A stretch of DNA of 25,857 bases from Octopus sinensis (lineage: Eukaryota): NCBI RefSeq assembly GCF_006345805.1, contig NW_021835648.1, positions 1 to 25,857 of the forward strand, written 5' to 3'. A program made the translations under genes and the position numbers. Of the stretch, positions 11,185-23,609 are shown in pieces. How positions within the stretch are numbered: position 1 is the first letter of the stretch; each line of letters starts with the position of its first letter. The notes below the pieces were generated by a model. The model saw only the letters and a list, made by a program, of their open reading frames with translations, had not been told where the DNA came from and searched no databases.

Positions 11185-12073
11185 TGTGTAACAGCAGTGC
11201 ATTTTAGATGTAAGTCGTATTCCATTGCGGACTTCATTTGGGCTCTGTAATGGGTTAATGATTATTGGGAAATGAAGTGTTTTCTGATGCAGAAGAGGAT
11301 CTTTAGGCATTGTGGTATCGGTATTTGCTACACAGAGAATATGAGTTCGTTCTAAGTGACCCTCTGTGATGTTGAGTTCTAGCTTTTGGTAACATTTTAC
11401 AGAGTTTCCCATATCTGTGTTGCCCACAAGAGGCTAAACATAGAGGGGACAAACAAGGACAGACAAAGGGATTAAGTCGATTACATCAACCCCAGTGCGT
11501 AACTGGTACTTAATTTATCTACCCCGAAAGGATGAAAGGCAAAGTCGACCTCGGTGGAATTTGAACTCAGAACTTAACGGCAGACGAAATACGGCTACGC
11601 ATTTCGCCCGGCGTGCTAACAATTCTGCCAGCTCACCGCCTTGTAACATTTTACAGTTTCCGTGTACCAAATCCATTACATTCAAACACCATTATCTCGG
11701 TCCGGGCCTACAGGAGTAGACACTGACTGAAAGTGTCACTCCAGAGTGAGACTGAACTCAAAACCATGTGATTGCAAAGGGATCTTTACAACACAACTAT
11801 GCCTACGTTAAGAAACAAAAGCTTCACTTTCTTCACCTTCAGCCATATTGAGGTTTATACGATTTGTTTATTCAGACATTCTCTGTAGATTTGGTAGATC
11901 TTGTAGATTTCATCCAATGGCCTGAAGCAGAAGAATAGTTATACCTTTATATACAACTTGTGGCTTTTCGTAAATATCTACATTCCATCTTGATACAATT
12001 CCCATTATAATTTCCAAGACGCAAACAAGGCTGTAAAGCTAAGATGCTCATACGGCAACCACATAATTTCAGG
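11185..12073 (+). repeat. Local segmental duplication, copy 1 (contains SINE insertion)
   Basis: Colinear with 16648-17277 once 11410-11661 is removed. Confidence 0.95.
11410..11642 (-). mobile_element. SINE family A, full length with TSD
   Basis: Flanked by gtaacattttacagagtttcc (11389-11409) and gtaacattttacagtttcc (11643-11661); empty site present in copy 2. Confidence 0.92.
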
Positions 12074-12281
12074 TTCAATTTCATTGTGCGGCATATAGAG
12101 CGAGTGTCTTCTTCTGTAACCCCAGACCAACCAAAGCCTTGTGAGTGAATTTGGTCGACGAGAACTGTGTGGAGATGTGGGTTCGAGTACCAGATCCATA
12201 CTTCAACTTTTTCTTTCTAATAGGATCTTCCTCCTCAATATTTACATGCTATTATAGCTTGATGTGATGTTCTTCGGAATA

Positions 12282-12913
12282 CAGCAATCCATTGCCGTGT
12301 CGTGGTTCCTCTATCGCGCACTCAGTACATCACGGATTTTTCTGGCTAATATACATATAAATTTATATCGCGGACTCCTCAGTATATCCGGACTTCTGCG
12401 ACCGATAGGTATTCTCTTTCACTCTCTTTTACTTGTTTCAGTCATTTGACTGCGGCCATGCTGGAACACCGCCTTTAGTCGAGCAACTCGACCCCGGGAC
12501 TTATTCTTTGTAAGCCCAGTACTTATTCTATCGGTCTCTTTATGCCGAACCGCTAAGTGACGGGGACATAAATACACCAGCATCGGTTGTCAAGCAATGC
12601 TAGGGGGACAAACACAGACACACAAACACACACGCACACACACACATATATACATATATACGACGGGCTTCTTTCAGTTTCCGTATACCAAATACATTCA
12701 CAAGGCTTTGGTCGACCCGAGGCTATAGTAGAAGACACTTGCCCAAGGTGCCACGCAGTGGGACTGAACCCGGAACCATGTGGCTGGTAAGCAAGCTACT
12801 TACCACACAGCCACTCCTGCGCCTGTATATAGGTATATATATATTTTTTAGATTTTAATTATTCCTATGGAAGGTTTGGGAACGTTACACCTGCGATAGT
12901 CGAGGGATTACTG
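12282..12913. mobile_element. Tigger/pogo-like MITE interrupted by a family B SINE
   Basis: Right end cgagggattactg (reverse complement CAGTAATCCCTCG); degenerate left end TA|cagcaatccattg. Confidence 0.5.
12413..12824 (-). mobile_element. SINE family B (tRNA-derived, OR-like), full length
   Basis: Minus-strand head with A-box-like TGGCTGTGTGG and B-box-like GGTTCAGTCCC, internal (TG/TA)n, tail gactgaaacaagtaaaaga; candidate TSD ATAGGTAT at 12405-12412 and 12829-12836. Confidence 0.92.
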
Positions 12914-12915
12914 CA

Positions 12916-12984
<69 letters not shown>

Positions 12985-12987
<3 letters not shown>

Positions 12988-13392
12988 GGGTTTTTTCAGT
13001 TTCTGTCTACCAAGTCCACCCACAAGGCTTTGGTCGGCCCGAGGCTCTAATAGAAGACACTTTTAAGGCGGTGTGCTGGCAGAAACATTAGCACGCCGGG
13101 CGAAATGCTTAGCGGTATTTCTTCTACCGCTACGTTCTGAGGTTCAAATTCCACCGAGGTCGACCTAGCCTTTCATCCCTTCGGGGTCGATAAATTAAGT
13201 ACCAGTTGCACACTGGGATCGATATAATCGACTTAATCCGTTTGTCTGTCCTTGTTTGTCCCCTCTGTATTTAGCCCCTTGTGGGCAATAAAGAAATAGG
13301 AAGGCACTTTTCCAGGATGCCACGCAGTGAGACTGCATCCGGAACCATGTGTTTGAGAACCAAGCTCCTGACCACACAGTCATGCATGCGCC
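12985..13392 (-). mobile_element. Older family B SINE 5' half, split by a family A insertion
   Basis: 12985-13064 and 13300-13392 join into a continuous family B head and body. Confidence 0.8.
13065..13299 (+). mobile_element. SINE family A, full length, nested
   Basis: TSD gaagacactttt (13053-13064) / gaaggcactttt (13300-13311). Confidence 0.9.
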
Positions 13393-13702
13393 AAAGCACG
13401 TGGCTTAAAAAAAAAATAAATTTGAAGTCGATTCGTTCGATTAAATCTCTACAAGGCAGTGCCCCAGCATGGTCGCAATCCAATGACTGAAGCAAGTCAA
13501 AGGAAAAACGAGATAACTTCTGGTTTTCCGTACAAGTAAAGATTTCATTCTTGATGATATAATATCCCTTGTATTTGTATTTACGGAGCAGATGTATAAA
13601 GCATGAAGACATTGAGGTAATATACGAGAAACGATGTCTCTAAGAATTCGCCATCTTAATTATTTTTCCTCTCAACTTAGTTGAAAATGTGATCCATCCC
13701 TT

Positions 13703-13703
13703 C

Positions 13704-13737
<34 letters not shown>

Positions 13738-13895
13738 TTCTCTCTCTCTCTTTCTCTTTATCTATCTCTTCCTTAATCTCTGTCTGTCTATCTAGCTATC
13801 TTTTCTATCTATCTATCTATTCATTACTCTCTCTCTCTCTCTCTCAAACGCACACGTACAGCCTCTCTCTATCTACATTTTTATGTATCTCACTG

Positions 13896-13991
<96 letters not shown>

Positions 13992-14177
13992 TATATGTAT
14001 GTGTGTGTCTATCTAGTTATCAGTCTATCTTTTTATCTATCCATCCATCTGTCTATCTGTCTGTCTGTCTATCTATCTTTCTATCTACGATCTATCTATC
14101 TGTCTATCTACCTACCCCCCTCTCTCTCTTCCTCTCTCTCTCTCTCTCTCACATACACACATACACACACACACACA
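13703..14177. repeat. (CT)n/(TCTA)n/(TA)n/(CA)n mosaic
   Basis: Visible simple repeats. Confidence 0.95.
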
Positions 14178-14564
14178 CTGTACCTCTCGCCACCAAAACG
14201 TCCTCTTATTACTCCTATATTGACCCATATCTCAATATAAATTACTATGTTATGACATTTATATTACCATTTCCTTAGAATCAACTAATAAATGGTTCAA
14301 TTTCATAAATGAATGCAGATGAAAATTGACATTTATAGCTGTATAATAAATTCAACAATTTCGCTGTGAAGCATATTTTTTTTTTTTAAAAGAATGATCT
14401 AGATTCGACTGACATAAACCTGTTTACATTTTAAATGTAAACTCATTGTCAATGTGAACACACAAACGACAGTAATAAAATTCAAAAATGGGCACGTGCT
14501 AATTAAATTTCCGTCCACACAATGCGTATAAACGTGTATTTAATATTGTACCTTTGAATAAAAT

Positions 14565-14708
14565 GGCGGTGTTGGCAAGATCTTTAGTCCGTCGGGCGAA
14601 GCGTTTTGCGGCATTTTCAAGTTGCCCTTTACGTTCTAGGTTCAAATTCTGCTGATTCTGACTTTGTGTTTCATCCTTATCAGGGGTCGGATAAAAATAA
14701 TAAGTTAC
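14565..14708 (+). mobile_element. Degenerate family A SINE interrupted by a MITE (continues at ~15111-15140)
   Basis: ggcggtgttggcaag...ggttcaaattc...tttcatcctt...ggggtcggataaa; resumes taagtaacag...tgtaatcga after the MITE. Confidence 0.6.
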
Positions 14709-15110
14709 GGATCTTTTCCTTTTGAACGGCAGATGTTAACACAATTTCTAGTTAACTAAACACTTTTAAACTTCGTATACTGGTAGAATGTATTTATAAA
14801 ACATTGAGAAAATTCTATAGTTTGTAAGATATTTCGTCTGAAATTTCGAGCATTTCGGCAATTTTAACCAATCGCTCACCTCCATTTGGGGTGAAAAGAT
14901 TCCGTGATGTATGAATATGCCCCTTGTTTAAGAAACAGATTGGATTTATTTATATTTTAAAGTGGAAATATGTTACAACGTATAGAATTTTCTCAATAAA
15001 GCCAAGAAAAAATGATGTTTTATAAACACATTCTACCAGTATACGAAGTTTAAAAGTGTTTAGTTAACTAGAAATTGTGTTGAGATCGGCCGTTCAAAAG
15101 GAAAAGATCA
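14709..15110. mobile_element. Merlin-like MITE, same family as 9290-9711, with 96-bp inverted ends
   Basis: 14709-14804 vs 15015-15110 inverted with 5 mismatches; 8-bp TSD TAAGTTAC/TAAGTAAC; interior matches ~9450-9600 in reverse orientation. Confidence 0.82.
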
Positions 15111-15416
15111 TAAGTAACAGATAAGGAATGTAATCGAAAGAATTATTATTATTCTATGTTTGATTTTTTTCTTTGCATTTGTACAAGTTGGTCCCAAGTC
15201 TCACCCAGAGACCTCAAGAGACAAGTTAGAATTTCATGTGGATTTTATGCTAAGGTGCCATATATTTGGTTTTGTATATAGTGTTGTTCTAGAGAATGTA
15301 TAAGTAACCATAAGAAAATTATGTTTGTTTTAAAACTTGAGATTACATAGAAAGTATTTTGTGTAGGATATGGGCAGTTCCCATGAGTACTATCTTTTAA
15401 ATTTCTGCCATTTTGG

Positions 15417-15586
<170 letters not shown>

Positions 15587-16340
15587 TTATATATCTCTAT
15601 CTTTGTGTCTGGGTTTGTCCACGCTCATAGCTCAGCAACATATTTTGGCTTGTTTACCTCCTTGCAGCAAAGTGAATCTTTAAAAGAGACACCGATAGAA
15701 CACCAGACTTTAAAACAAAATAAATACCGGAGTGGATTTGTTCATTTAGAGACGACCAGGGCGGTGCCCCAGCATGGCCGCAGTACGATCACTGAAACGA
15801 TTAAATTATCAGACAAAGTAGGACACAATATTTTCAAAATCACAGAGTGGATAACTCCCCTTAAAATTATTGGTGCTTCGCCAAAGCTTCATATTATTTA
15901 ACCAGTCGTGTAACGAATGGCACTCCAGTTTTGACCATCCACTTTGATATACTGTTATAGTGTATTGAGGGCTATTTTATTCAGTTCCAGGATAGTGAGA
16001 TGCGCATTGAGGACGATCTAGCTATTATACATAGCCAGTTGGTACAAAGGCTGACTTCGTTTTCTCTAATCGAATTTATCGTGTATTGAATTTGAATTTT
16101 ATTTTCCCATGAACGATTTCACTTGAATAAATATATATATATATAATTATAGACAATAGATATAACTAAATAACCAATGATGTGTAGAATCGATTTGTCG
16201 ATCGATTACGTAAAAGAATGAATCATGATTCGATGAATCATTCCAACTGTAGAATATATATTTATATCTAAGTTACTTCATGCTTTGCAAAACTAAATGC
16301 ATACAAACACTCACACCCACACACGTACACCCACATATGT

Positions 16341-16452
16341 GTGCCGTTCAAGAATTTGGACCTGGAGATCTCCATTTCCAGCGACTTCGAGGGCCACCTC
16401 CCAGTGGTGTCGGGCGTCAACGAAGAGCCATCGACTACAACAAGACGAACAA
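16341..16452. other. GC-rich unique island, possible exon of undetermined strand and frame
   Basis: About 57% GC over 16341-16434; five of six frames open; strong minus-strand acceptor just upstream of 16434. Confidence 0.25.
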
Positions 16453-16565
16453 AGTTTTTTTTTCCACCCTTAAGCTCTAGACCATCACCCAATCACCCTT
16501 ACCTGTCTTGTTGCTTAACAACAACAACAACCCACATATGTGTGTGCGTGTGTGTGTGTGTGTGT

Positions 16566-16645
16566 GAAGACGCATCGTGGCCTAGTGCTTGTGGTGTTGC
16601 ATTCACGATCGCTAGATAGTGGGCTCGATTCCCGGATCAGGCAGT
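16566..16645 (+). mobile_element. Degenerate tRNA-like SINE head (third family)
   Basis: gtggcctagtgc (A-box-like) ... gggctcgattcccgg (B-box-like). Confidence 0.5.
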
Positions 16646-16647
16646 AA

Positions 16648-17277
16648 TGTGTAACAGCAGTGCATTTTAGATGTGAGTCGTATTCCATTGCGGACTTCAT
16701 TTGAGCTTTATAGTGGGTTTAATGATTATTGGGAAATTAAGTTTTTTTCTGATGTAGAAGGGCAAGTTTAGGCATTGTGGTATCGATCTTTGCTACATAC
16801 AGAATATGAGTTCGTTCTCAGACACCCTCTGTAATGTTGAGTTCTAGCCTTTGGTAACAATTTACAGAGTTTCCGTGTATCAGATATATTACATTCATAC
16901 ACCATTATCTCGACCCGGGCCTACAGGAGTAGACACCGACCCAAAGTGTCACCCCGGAGTGGGACTGAACTCAAAACCATGTGATTGCAAAGGGATCTTT
17001 ACAACACAACTATGCCTACGTTAAGAAACAAAAGTTTCACTTTCTTCACCTTCAGCCATCTTGTGGTTTATACGATTTGTTTATTCAGACATTCTCTGTA
17101 GATTAGGTAGATTTCATCCAATGGCCTGAAGTAGAAGAATAGTTATACCTTTATATACAACTTGTGGCTTTTCGTAAATATGTAGATTCCATCTTGATAC
17201 AATTCCCATTATAATTTCCAAGACGCAAACAAGGCTGTAAAGCTAAGATGCTCATACGGCAACCACATAGTTTCAGG
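16648..17277 (+). repeat. Local segmental duplication, copy 2 (empty SINE site)
   Basis: Direct repeat of 11185-12073; both copies share the same decayed family B SINE remnant (minus strand, ~16870-17030). Confidence 0.95.
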
Positions 17278-17519
17278 CTGCTCAGCCATTATTTCGACAC
17301 CGGAAGTGTGAAGATCGTTCAGCAAAAGACTGGATACTCATACGTCGTCTTCAACGGGGGAATTCATTATATATATCCATATATATATATATATATATAT
17401 TTATATATGTGGAATTTACCGATCACCGAAAATATATATACACTCATATTTCAAGTTCTATTTTTTGTGTTACATCACCATACCTACATATATATATATA
17501 TATATTATATATATATATA

Positions 17520-17696
17520 GGAGAATTCACAAAAACAAGAGACGCAGACAGGACGTGTAGACAACAGACAGATGTATTAGCATAACGCTCGGGAAGTGTA
17601 AAAGTCTTTAATGTTTCGAGCTTACGCTCTTCCACAGAAAGGAACACAGAAAGAAACAAGGAGAGAAAATAGAGAAATGTGTGGTGGCTAGCGATC

Positions 17697-17698
<2 letters not shown>
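17520..17698 (-). mobile_element. (TA)n-embedded Penelope-like terminal-repeat fragment with a variant hammerhead motif (17605-17642)
   Basis: Homologous to 24558-24740; minus strand CTTT-CTGTGGA-A-GAGC-GTAA-GCTC-GAAAC-ATT-AAAG. Confidence 0.6.
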
Positions 17699-17738
<40 letters not shown>

Positions 17739-18095
17739 TAGGTATGTATGTATGTCTATGTAAATGTGTGTGTGTGTCTGAAGTGTGTGTTATATGTATT
17801 CATATTTTAGTATTACCATGAGACCTCGGTTTGAAAACTCCATCAAGATGTATATTATTAATACAAGTGTGTATGAGTCATTCGCTGTCGATACCAAGTG
17901 TCGCTTGGTAATGTAGATCAAATGGCATAATTACTAATATACAATTATACTCCAGCGTATACTAGTGAGTGTATAAATCTGGGTTGAATATCCCTCTCTC
18001 TCTCTCACCCTCTCCTCGCCTCTCCCTCTGTGTTTGATTTCCACCCTGTCTCCCTCTCTCACATAATTTCTATATTAGACTTCTGTTACACATAC

Positions 18096-18407
18096 ACTTT
18101 TATACTTTTACTTGTTTCAGTCATTTGACTGTGGCCATGCTGGAGCACCGCCTTTTAATCGAGCAAATCGACCCCAGGTCTTATTATTTGTAAACCTAGT
18201 ACTTATTCTATCAGTCTCTTTTGCCGAACCGCTAGATTACGGGGACGCAAACACACCAGCATCGGTTGTCAAGCGATGTTGAGTGGGGGGAAAACACAGA
18301 TACACAAACATATACACACACATACATATACATACATATACGACGGACCTCTTTCAGTTTCCGTCTGCCAAATCCGCTCACAAGGCTTTGGTCGGCCCGA
18401 GGCTATA
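18096..18407 (-). mobile_element. SINE family B, 5'-truncated
   Basis: Highly similar to 12421-12725. Confidence 0.92.
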
Positions 18408-19019
18408 ACATACAGGTTCGGCAAACGAAACCCGTAGCATAAAATACCAAAATCAATAAAAAAAAGAAAATATTACTGGAAAGTGGCAGCAATGCGCTTC
18501 GACTGAACACCCTTTTGAAGGCGGTGCTCCAGCATGACCTCAGTGCTAATAACCGAAAGAACTAACAATGTCAGATTCGGTAAAGCATAAAAGTCAAGCA
18601 TTTCACCACCGAATTTACTGAGCAACAACAATCTTTATCGATGTTTCGAGAACAAAGAGCGAAGGACATATAAAATACAAGAGCAATTCCTAAGCAAGAA
18701 TCGGAACCAACTCACAGACATCAGAGATCTGAAGCCTTTGAGAAGACGTTATCAATCATTGGGTTGCTTGATGAAAGTTGGTATTGGTGTTACTGTTACG
18801 TTTTATGAGCTACGTTGCTTTTTATCTTCTGTGTTTAATGCCATTTCATTTTTTTTTATTTCGTGTGTGTGTTGTTGTTGTTGTTGTTTTTGTCTTTGGT
18901 TCCTTACTTCTTTCCTTTGTTACTTTCTTTTCTTTTTCTGTCTTTCTTTCTTTCGGCTTTTATCTTCCAATCTTTTCCATAATTCGATCTCTTACTTTCT
19001 CTAAACGTCCCTCCCCAAA

Positions 19020-19373
19020 TTCTGTCTGTCTGTCTGTTTGTCTGTTTATCTCCTCCTCCTTCTCTCTCTCTCTCTTTCTTTCTCTCTTTCTCTCTCTCTC
19101 TCTCTCTTTCTCCTTCTTTCTCTCTCTCACTAATTTCCTTCTGTCAGTGTGTGTATACCATACACACACTTTCTCAGTCTCTATCTCTTTGTTTCGCCTT
19201 TCTTTCCTTCTCGTTCCTCCTCTCTACTCCCTCCCCTGTCTCTTTCTCTCCTTCCTCCTCTCTCTCTCTCTCTTTGCATACATTATTACATACATATATA
19301 TAGATATATTTATGTACGTGTGTGTTTGTGTGTGTGTGTGTGTTTGTGTGTGTGTGTTTGTGTGTGTGCGTAA

Positions 19374-19411
<38 letters not shown>

Positions 19412-19951
19412 CTGTGTGTGTGTGTCTGTGCGGTTGTGTGTGTGCGTGTGAGTGTGTATGTGTGTGTGTGTGTATGTGTGTGTGTGTGTGTGTCTCTGTG
19501 TGTGTGTGTGTGCGGTTGTGTGTGTGTGTGTGTGTATATGTGTGTGTATGTGTATGTGTGTATGTGTGTGTGTTTGTGTGTGTTTCTCTTACGTTCTTTT
19601 TCTTCCTTTCGCTTTCTGAAGTAACACTATAATTTCTCCGTTTTTTACTCTTCATATTCCGCTTACCTCCCTTGATGGTCCCTAGCATTATTTTTATTTA
19701 CCCCTCTCTCATCTCTCTACATATGATCACTCACTCACTCTCTGTATCTCTCTCCTTCTCTCTCTTTCTCTCCCTCATCTATCTATCTATCTATCTATCT
19801 GCCTGTCTTTCTAAATCTCTCTCTGTCTATCTGTCTATCTATCTATCTATCTATCTGTCTATCTATCTATCTATCTATCTGTCCGTCTATATCTATCTAT
19901 CTATCTATCTATCTATCTGTCCGTCTATCTATCTATCTATCTATCTGTCCG

Positions 19952-19990
<39 letters not shown>

Positions 19991-20040
19991 GCCTGTCTTT
20001 CTAAATCTCTCTCTCTGTCTATCTGTCTATCTATCTCTGC
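19020..20040. repeat. (CT)n, (GT)n (~19310-19585) and (TCTA)n (~19770-20035) arrays
   Basis: Visible simple repeats. Confidence 0.93.
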
Positions 20041-20205
20041 CACCTTGTAGATCGTTTTCTCCACCGACACCGCCATTATCTCTCATCTATCATCCTGCTA
20101 TCTGTATGTATCAATCTGATTTTTCTTGTCGAAGAGAGAAAGTCAAAGAACCAAAGAAAAAAAAAGGAAAAAATAACAAAGAAGGAAGCCTCTTTGTGAA
20201 CTTAC

Positions 20206-20222
20206 CGGAAAAATCAGACAAG
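20206..20222 (-). other. Candidate 17-nt microexon
   Basis: Minus strand: ttattgtttgtattttag|CTTGTCTGATTTTTCCG|gtaagt. Confidence 0.15.
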
Positions 20223-20403
20223 CTAAAATACAAACAATAAATAATAAACTCAGGAGAAAATAAAAGAGAGAGAGAGAGAGGGAGAGAAAGACGGATGCAG
20301 AGAGAGACGGGGAAAGGAGAGAAAGAGAGACAGACCGACGGAAGCAGAGTGAGAGAGAGAAAGACAGGTAGTCAGACTGGGAGGGAGAAATAGAATAAGT
20401 CAA

Positions 20404-20404
20404 T

Positions 20405-20435
<31 letters not shown>

Positions 20436-20835
20436 TATATATATAATATATATATAACATTATATATATATATTACATGTATAAATATAGATATATGCAT
20501 AAATATATATATGTAATATATAAGAGAGAGAGATAGACAACACATATATCTATGTATATATATATATACATATACATATATATATATATATACATATATA
20601 TACATTACATATATATACTATACATATATATACATATACATATATATACATATATATACATATATATGTATATAACATATATACATATATCTGCACATAT
20701 ATATATACACATAATTATATATATATATATATAATATATATACATACGTATAGATATAAATATATAAATAATATATATATATATATACATATATACATAT
20801 ATATACATATATATATATACATAAATATGGCTATA

Positions 20836-20927
<92 letters not shown>

Positions 20928-21465
20928 GAAATAAAATAATAAAATAAATAAAATAAAATAAAATATACAAATAAATAATCTGAAAAAAATTCAAGACACA
21001 GATTACAACTGATAATATCAGGGAGCCCCCCCCCCCTCAACAAAAAATAATAAAATAAAATAAATAAACATAAACACATACAAAAACAACGTACAGTATG
21101 AACCTCATCAACAGCAGCAAGAAGAAGAACACCGACAACAACGACAGCATGTATAAAGACAAATCATCTCTTTACTTAATAAAACTAGGTTTGTTTTTGG
21201 CTTGTTTTGATTTTTGTTGTTGTTTTTGTTGTTGTTGTGGCGTTGGTGGTGGTCGTTGTCGTTGTTATTGTTTTCTGTAGTTTTCTTTTTTTTTCTGATC
21301 AGCAGAAATTCAAGAAATTATCCAAGAAAACCAAATCGAATTAGAAATAGAAGCCCAAAACCAATTAAGCACTTTAAGTTCAATAACAATGCTATATAAT
21401 ATATACATACCCACGCACACACGTTAAACACACACACACACACGCCACAACACACACATATATAT

Positions 21466-21521
<56 letters not shown>

Positions 21522-22726
21522 GTAATATAATATATATACATACATATATATGTATATATATATATTACAATATATATACATATATATATATACATATTTA
21601 CATATATATATGTATACACATACGTGTATGCACATGTACATATGTCCATATATATATATATATGCACACACACGCATATAGATACATATATACACACATA
21701 GATATATACATATTTGCATATATATATATATAAATATACGAATTTATGTATGTATGTACTTAGGTATGTATGTATGTATGTATACACATATATATTAAGA
21801 TATACACACACGCACACACTCACAGGTACACACACATACATATATATTCTTATATTACGAACAAACCCCAGAAAGCAACCATCTTCATCCTTTCCTTTTT
21901 ATTCGGTTTTTATTTTATTTTTCTGTACATCTGTTTCAGATAATTTGTATTTGATCTTCCTTTTGTTTTGTTTTCTTCTTTTTCCTGCAGTTTAATGACA
22001 CGTTCTATCTACGAAGACATTCGGAAAATTTACTTATTTACTTAATATAGTTCTACTCGTATTTGGAACTGTTACTTGTCAGACGTAAAGCTATCGTAGT
22101 ATCTACTGTGATAACAAAAAAAATAATGATAGTAATAATAATAATAAATACAACATTAAATACACTGGGACATATTGTAGAAATCTGGCGCTGGTTTATT
22201 TTCTCCAACTATAAATAATGTCATCTTTTCCTTCCTTAGAGAGAAATATTACACTCACAACGCACTGAGTTTTAAAGCTTTCTTTTGTCACTTCGTTCGA
22301 GAGTTCTTTTACATATGATTCTACGTATGTACACATATACCTGTATACATATAGATATATATCTATATTCGTGTATATAATATGTGCATAAATATACGAC
22401 ATATATATTATATATATATATATATATATTATTATAATATATATTATATATATATATATTATATACATATATATATGTATATATATGAATATGTATATAT
22501 TTATATATGTATATTTCAATATACGTACGTATATATATATACACATACATGTATCTGAATGCACATAAATATAAATTGTATCTATGGTACATGTGGGTAC
22601 AAATATGTGTGTGTGTGTGTGTTTGTGTGTGTATACATTCGTACGTGTATAATTTTCCTTGCAGATTGAAAATATACACATATATACATACAATATATAA
22701 TAATATGTATGCTATATATATGTAAA

Positions 22727-22786
<60 letters not shown>

Positions 22787-22788
22787 TA

Positions 22789-22860
<72 letters not shown>

Positions 22861-23090
22861 TGTATGTATATATACATATAGATAGATATTCATATATGCA
22901 TAAATATTTTGTAAACATATAAATATGCATATATATATATATATACATATAGATAGATAGATATACATATATACCATATATATATATTATATGCATATTT
23001 ATATATTTACATAAATATTTATATATATACAGAATATATATATATATATATATATTTAATTATATATATATATATATATAAGTATGTATG
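20404..23090. repeat. Extended (TA)n/(CA)n/(TG)n mosaics with short unique interruptions
   Basis: Arrays at ~20404-20925, 21400-21845 and 22320-23090. Confidence 0.9.
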
Positions 23091-23120
23091 TACATAGATG
23101 CGTATATAATTTCCTTCCAG

Positions 23121-23321
23121 ATGGAAAACATGGCGGCGACGCCTGTGCACCGCGTTAAGAAGTTATCATTAGAGACGTTATTCTGTGCCGTCTGCTGTGG
23201 AGATTACTACGTTCAGAAGTCGAAATTGCTACCCATAAATCTATATCCTCATGTTTATATGACGTCAAACAGTCAATCTATGTTCACCACCTGTTATCTA
23301 TGCTTAACACATGTAACATGA
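23121..23321 (+). CDS. Candidate short coding exon/ORF MENMAATPVHRV...CAVC-x32-CYLC
   Basis: Acceptor ttccttccag|ATG, second start in AACATGGCGGCG context, unique sequence; no homology recognised. Confidence 0.15.
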   Translation: MENMAATPVHRVKKLSLETLFCAVCCGDYYVQKSKLLPINLYPHVYMTSNSQSMFTTCYLCLTHVT

Positions 23322-23508
23322 TTATAGGTAGTTTCTTCCATTAGCAATTACGGAAACGGAATGCAGCTTTGATGAAAAAGATCTTGGAGAAAAAAAAAGG
23401 GAGCCATTTATTTTCAACTATTTTCAACGATAGTTTTGTTGTTGTCACCGCGAAAAGAAGGAAAGTATATTTCACTTCTGTTTCGTTCCCTTTACCCTGA
23501 TGTATCAG

Positions 23509-23550
23509 TGTTTTGCGGGCTCTTTACTGACTGTGTGGATCCGGATTCCT
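23509..23550 (+). CDS. Candidate 42-nt symmetric exon (phase 1: FCGLFTDCVDPDS)
   Basis: Pyrimidine-rich acceptor ending gtatcag| and donor CCT|GTGAGT. Confidence 0.2.
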
Positions 23551-23609
23551 GTGAGTATATTGGTATACATACACACACACACATATATATATATATATTT
23601 AAAAATTAA

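Noticed and set aside
12424-12455. SINE B tail AGTC-AAAT-GACT-GAAAC-AA-GTA-AAAGA resembles a hammerhead 3' half
   Set aside because: No CUGANGA or helix I partner upstream.
12770-12824. tRNA genes
   Set aside because: A/B-box-like heads belong to SINEs; no complete cloverleaf.
14560-14570. YY1-like AAAATGGCGG promoter motif
   Set aside because: Overlaps the head of a degenerate SINE.
21991-22090. Strong acceptor followed by a hydrophobic, transmembrane-like stretch
   Set aside because: All three frames from the acceptor hit a stop before any usable donor.
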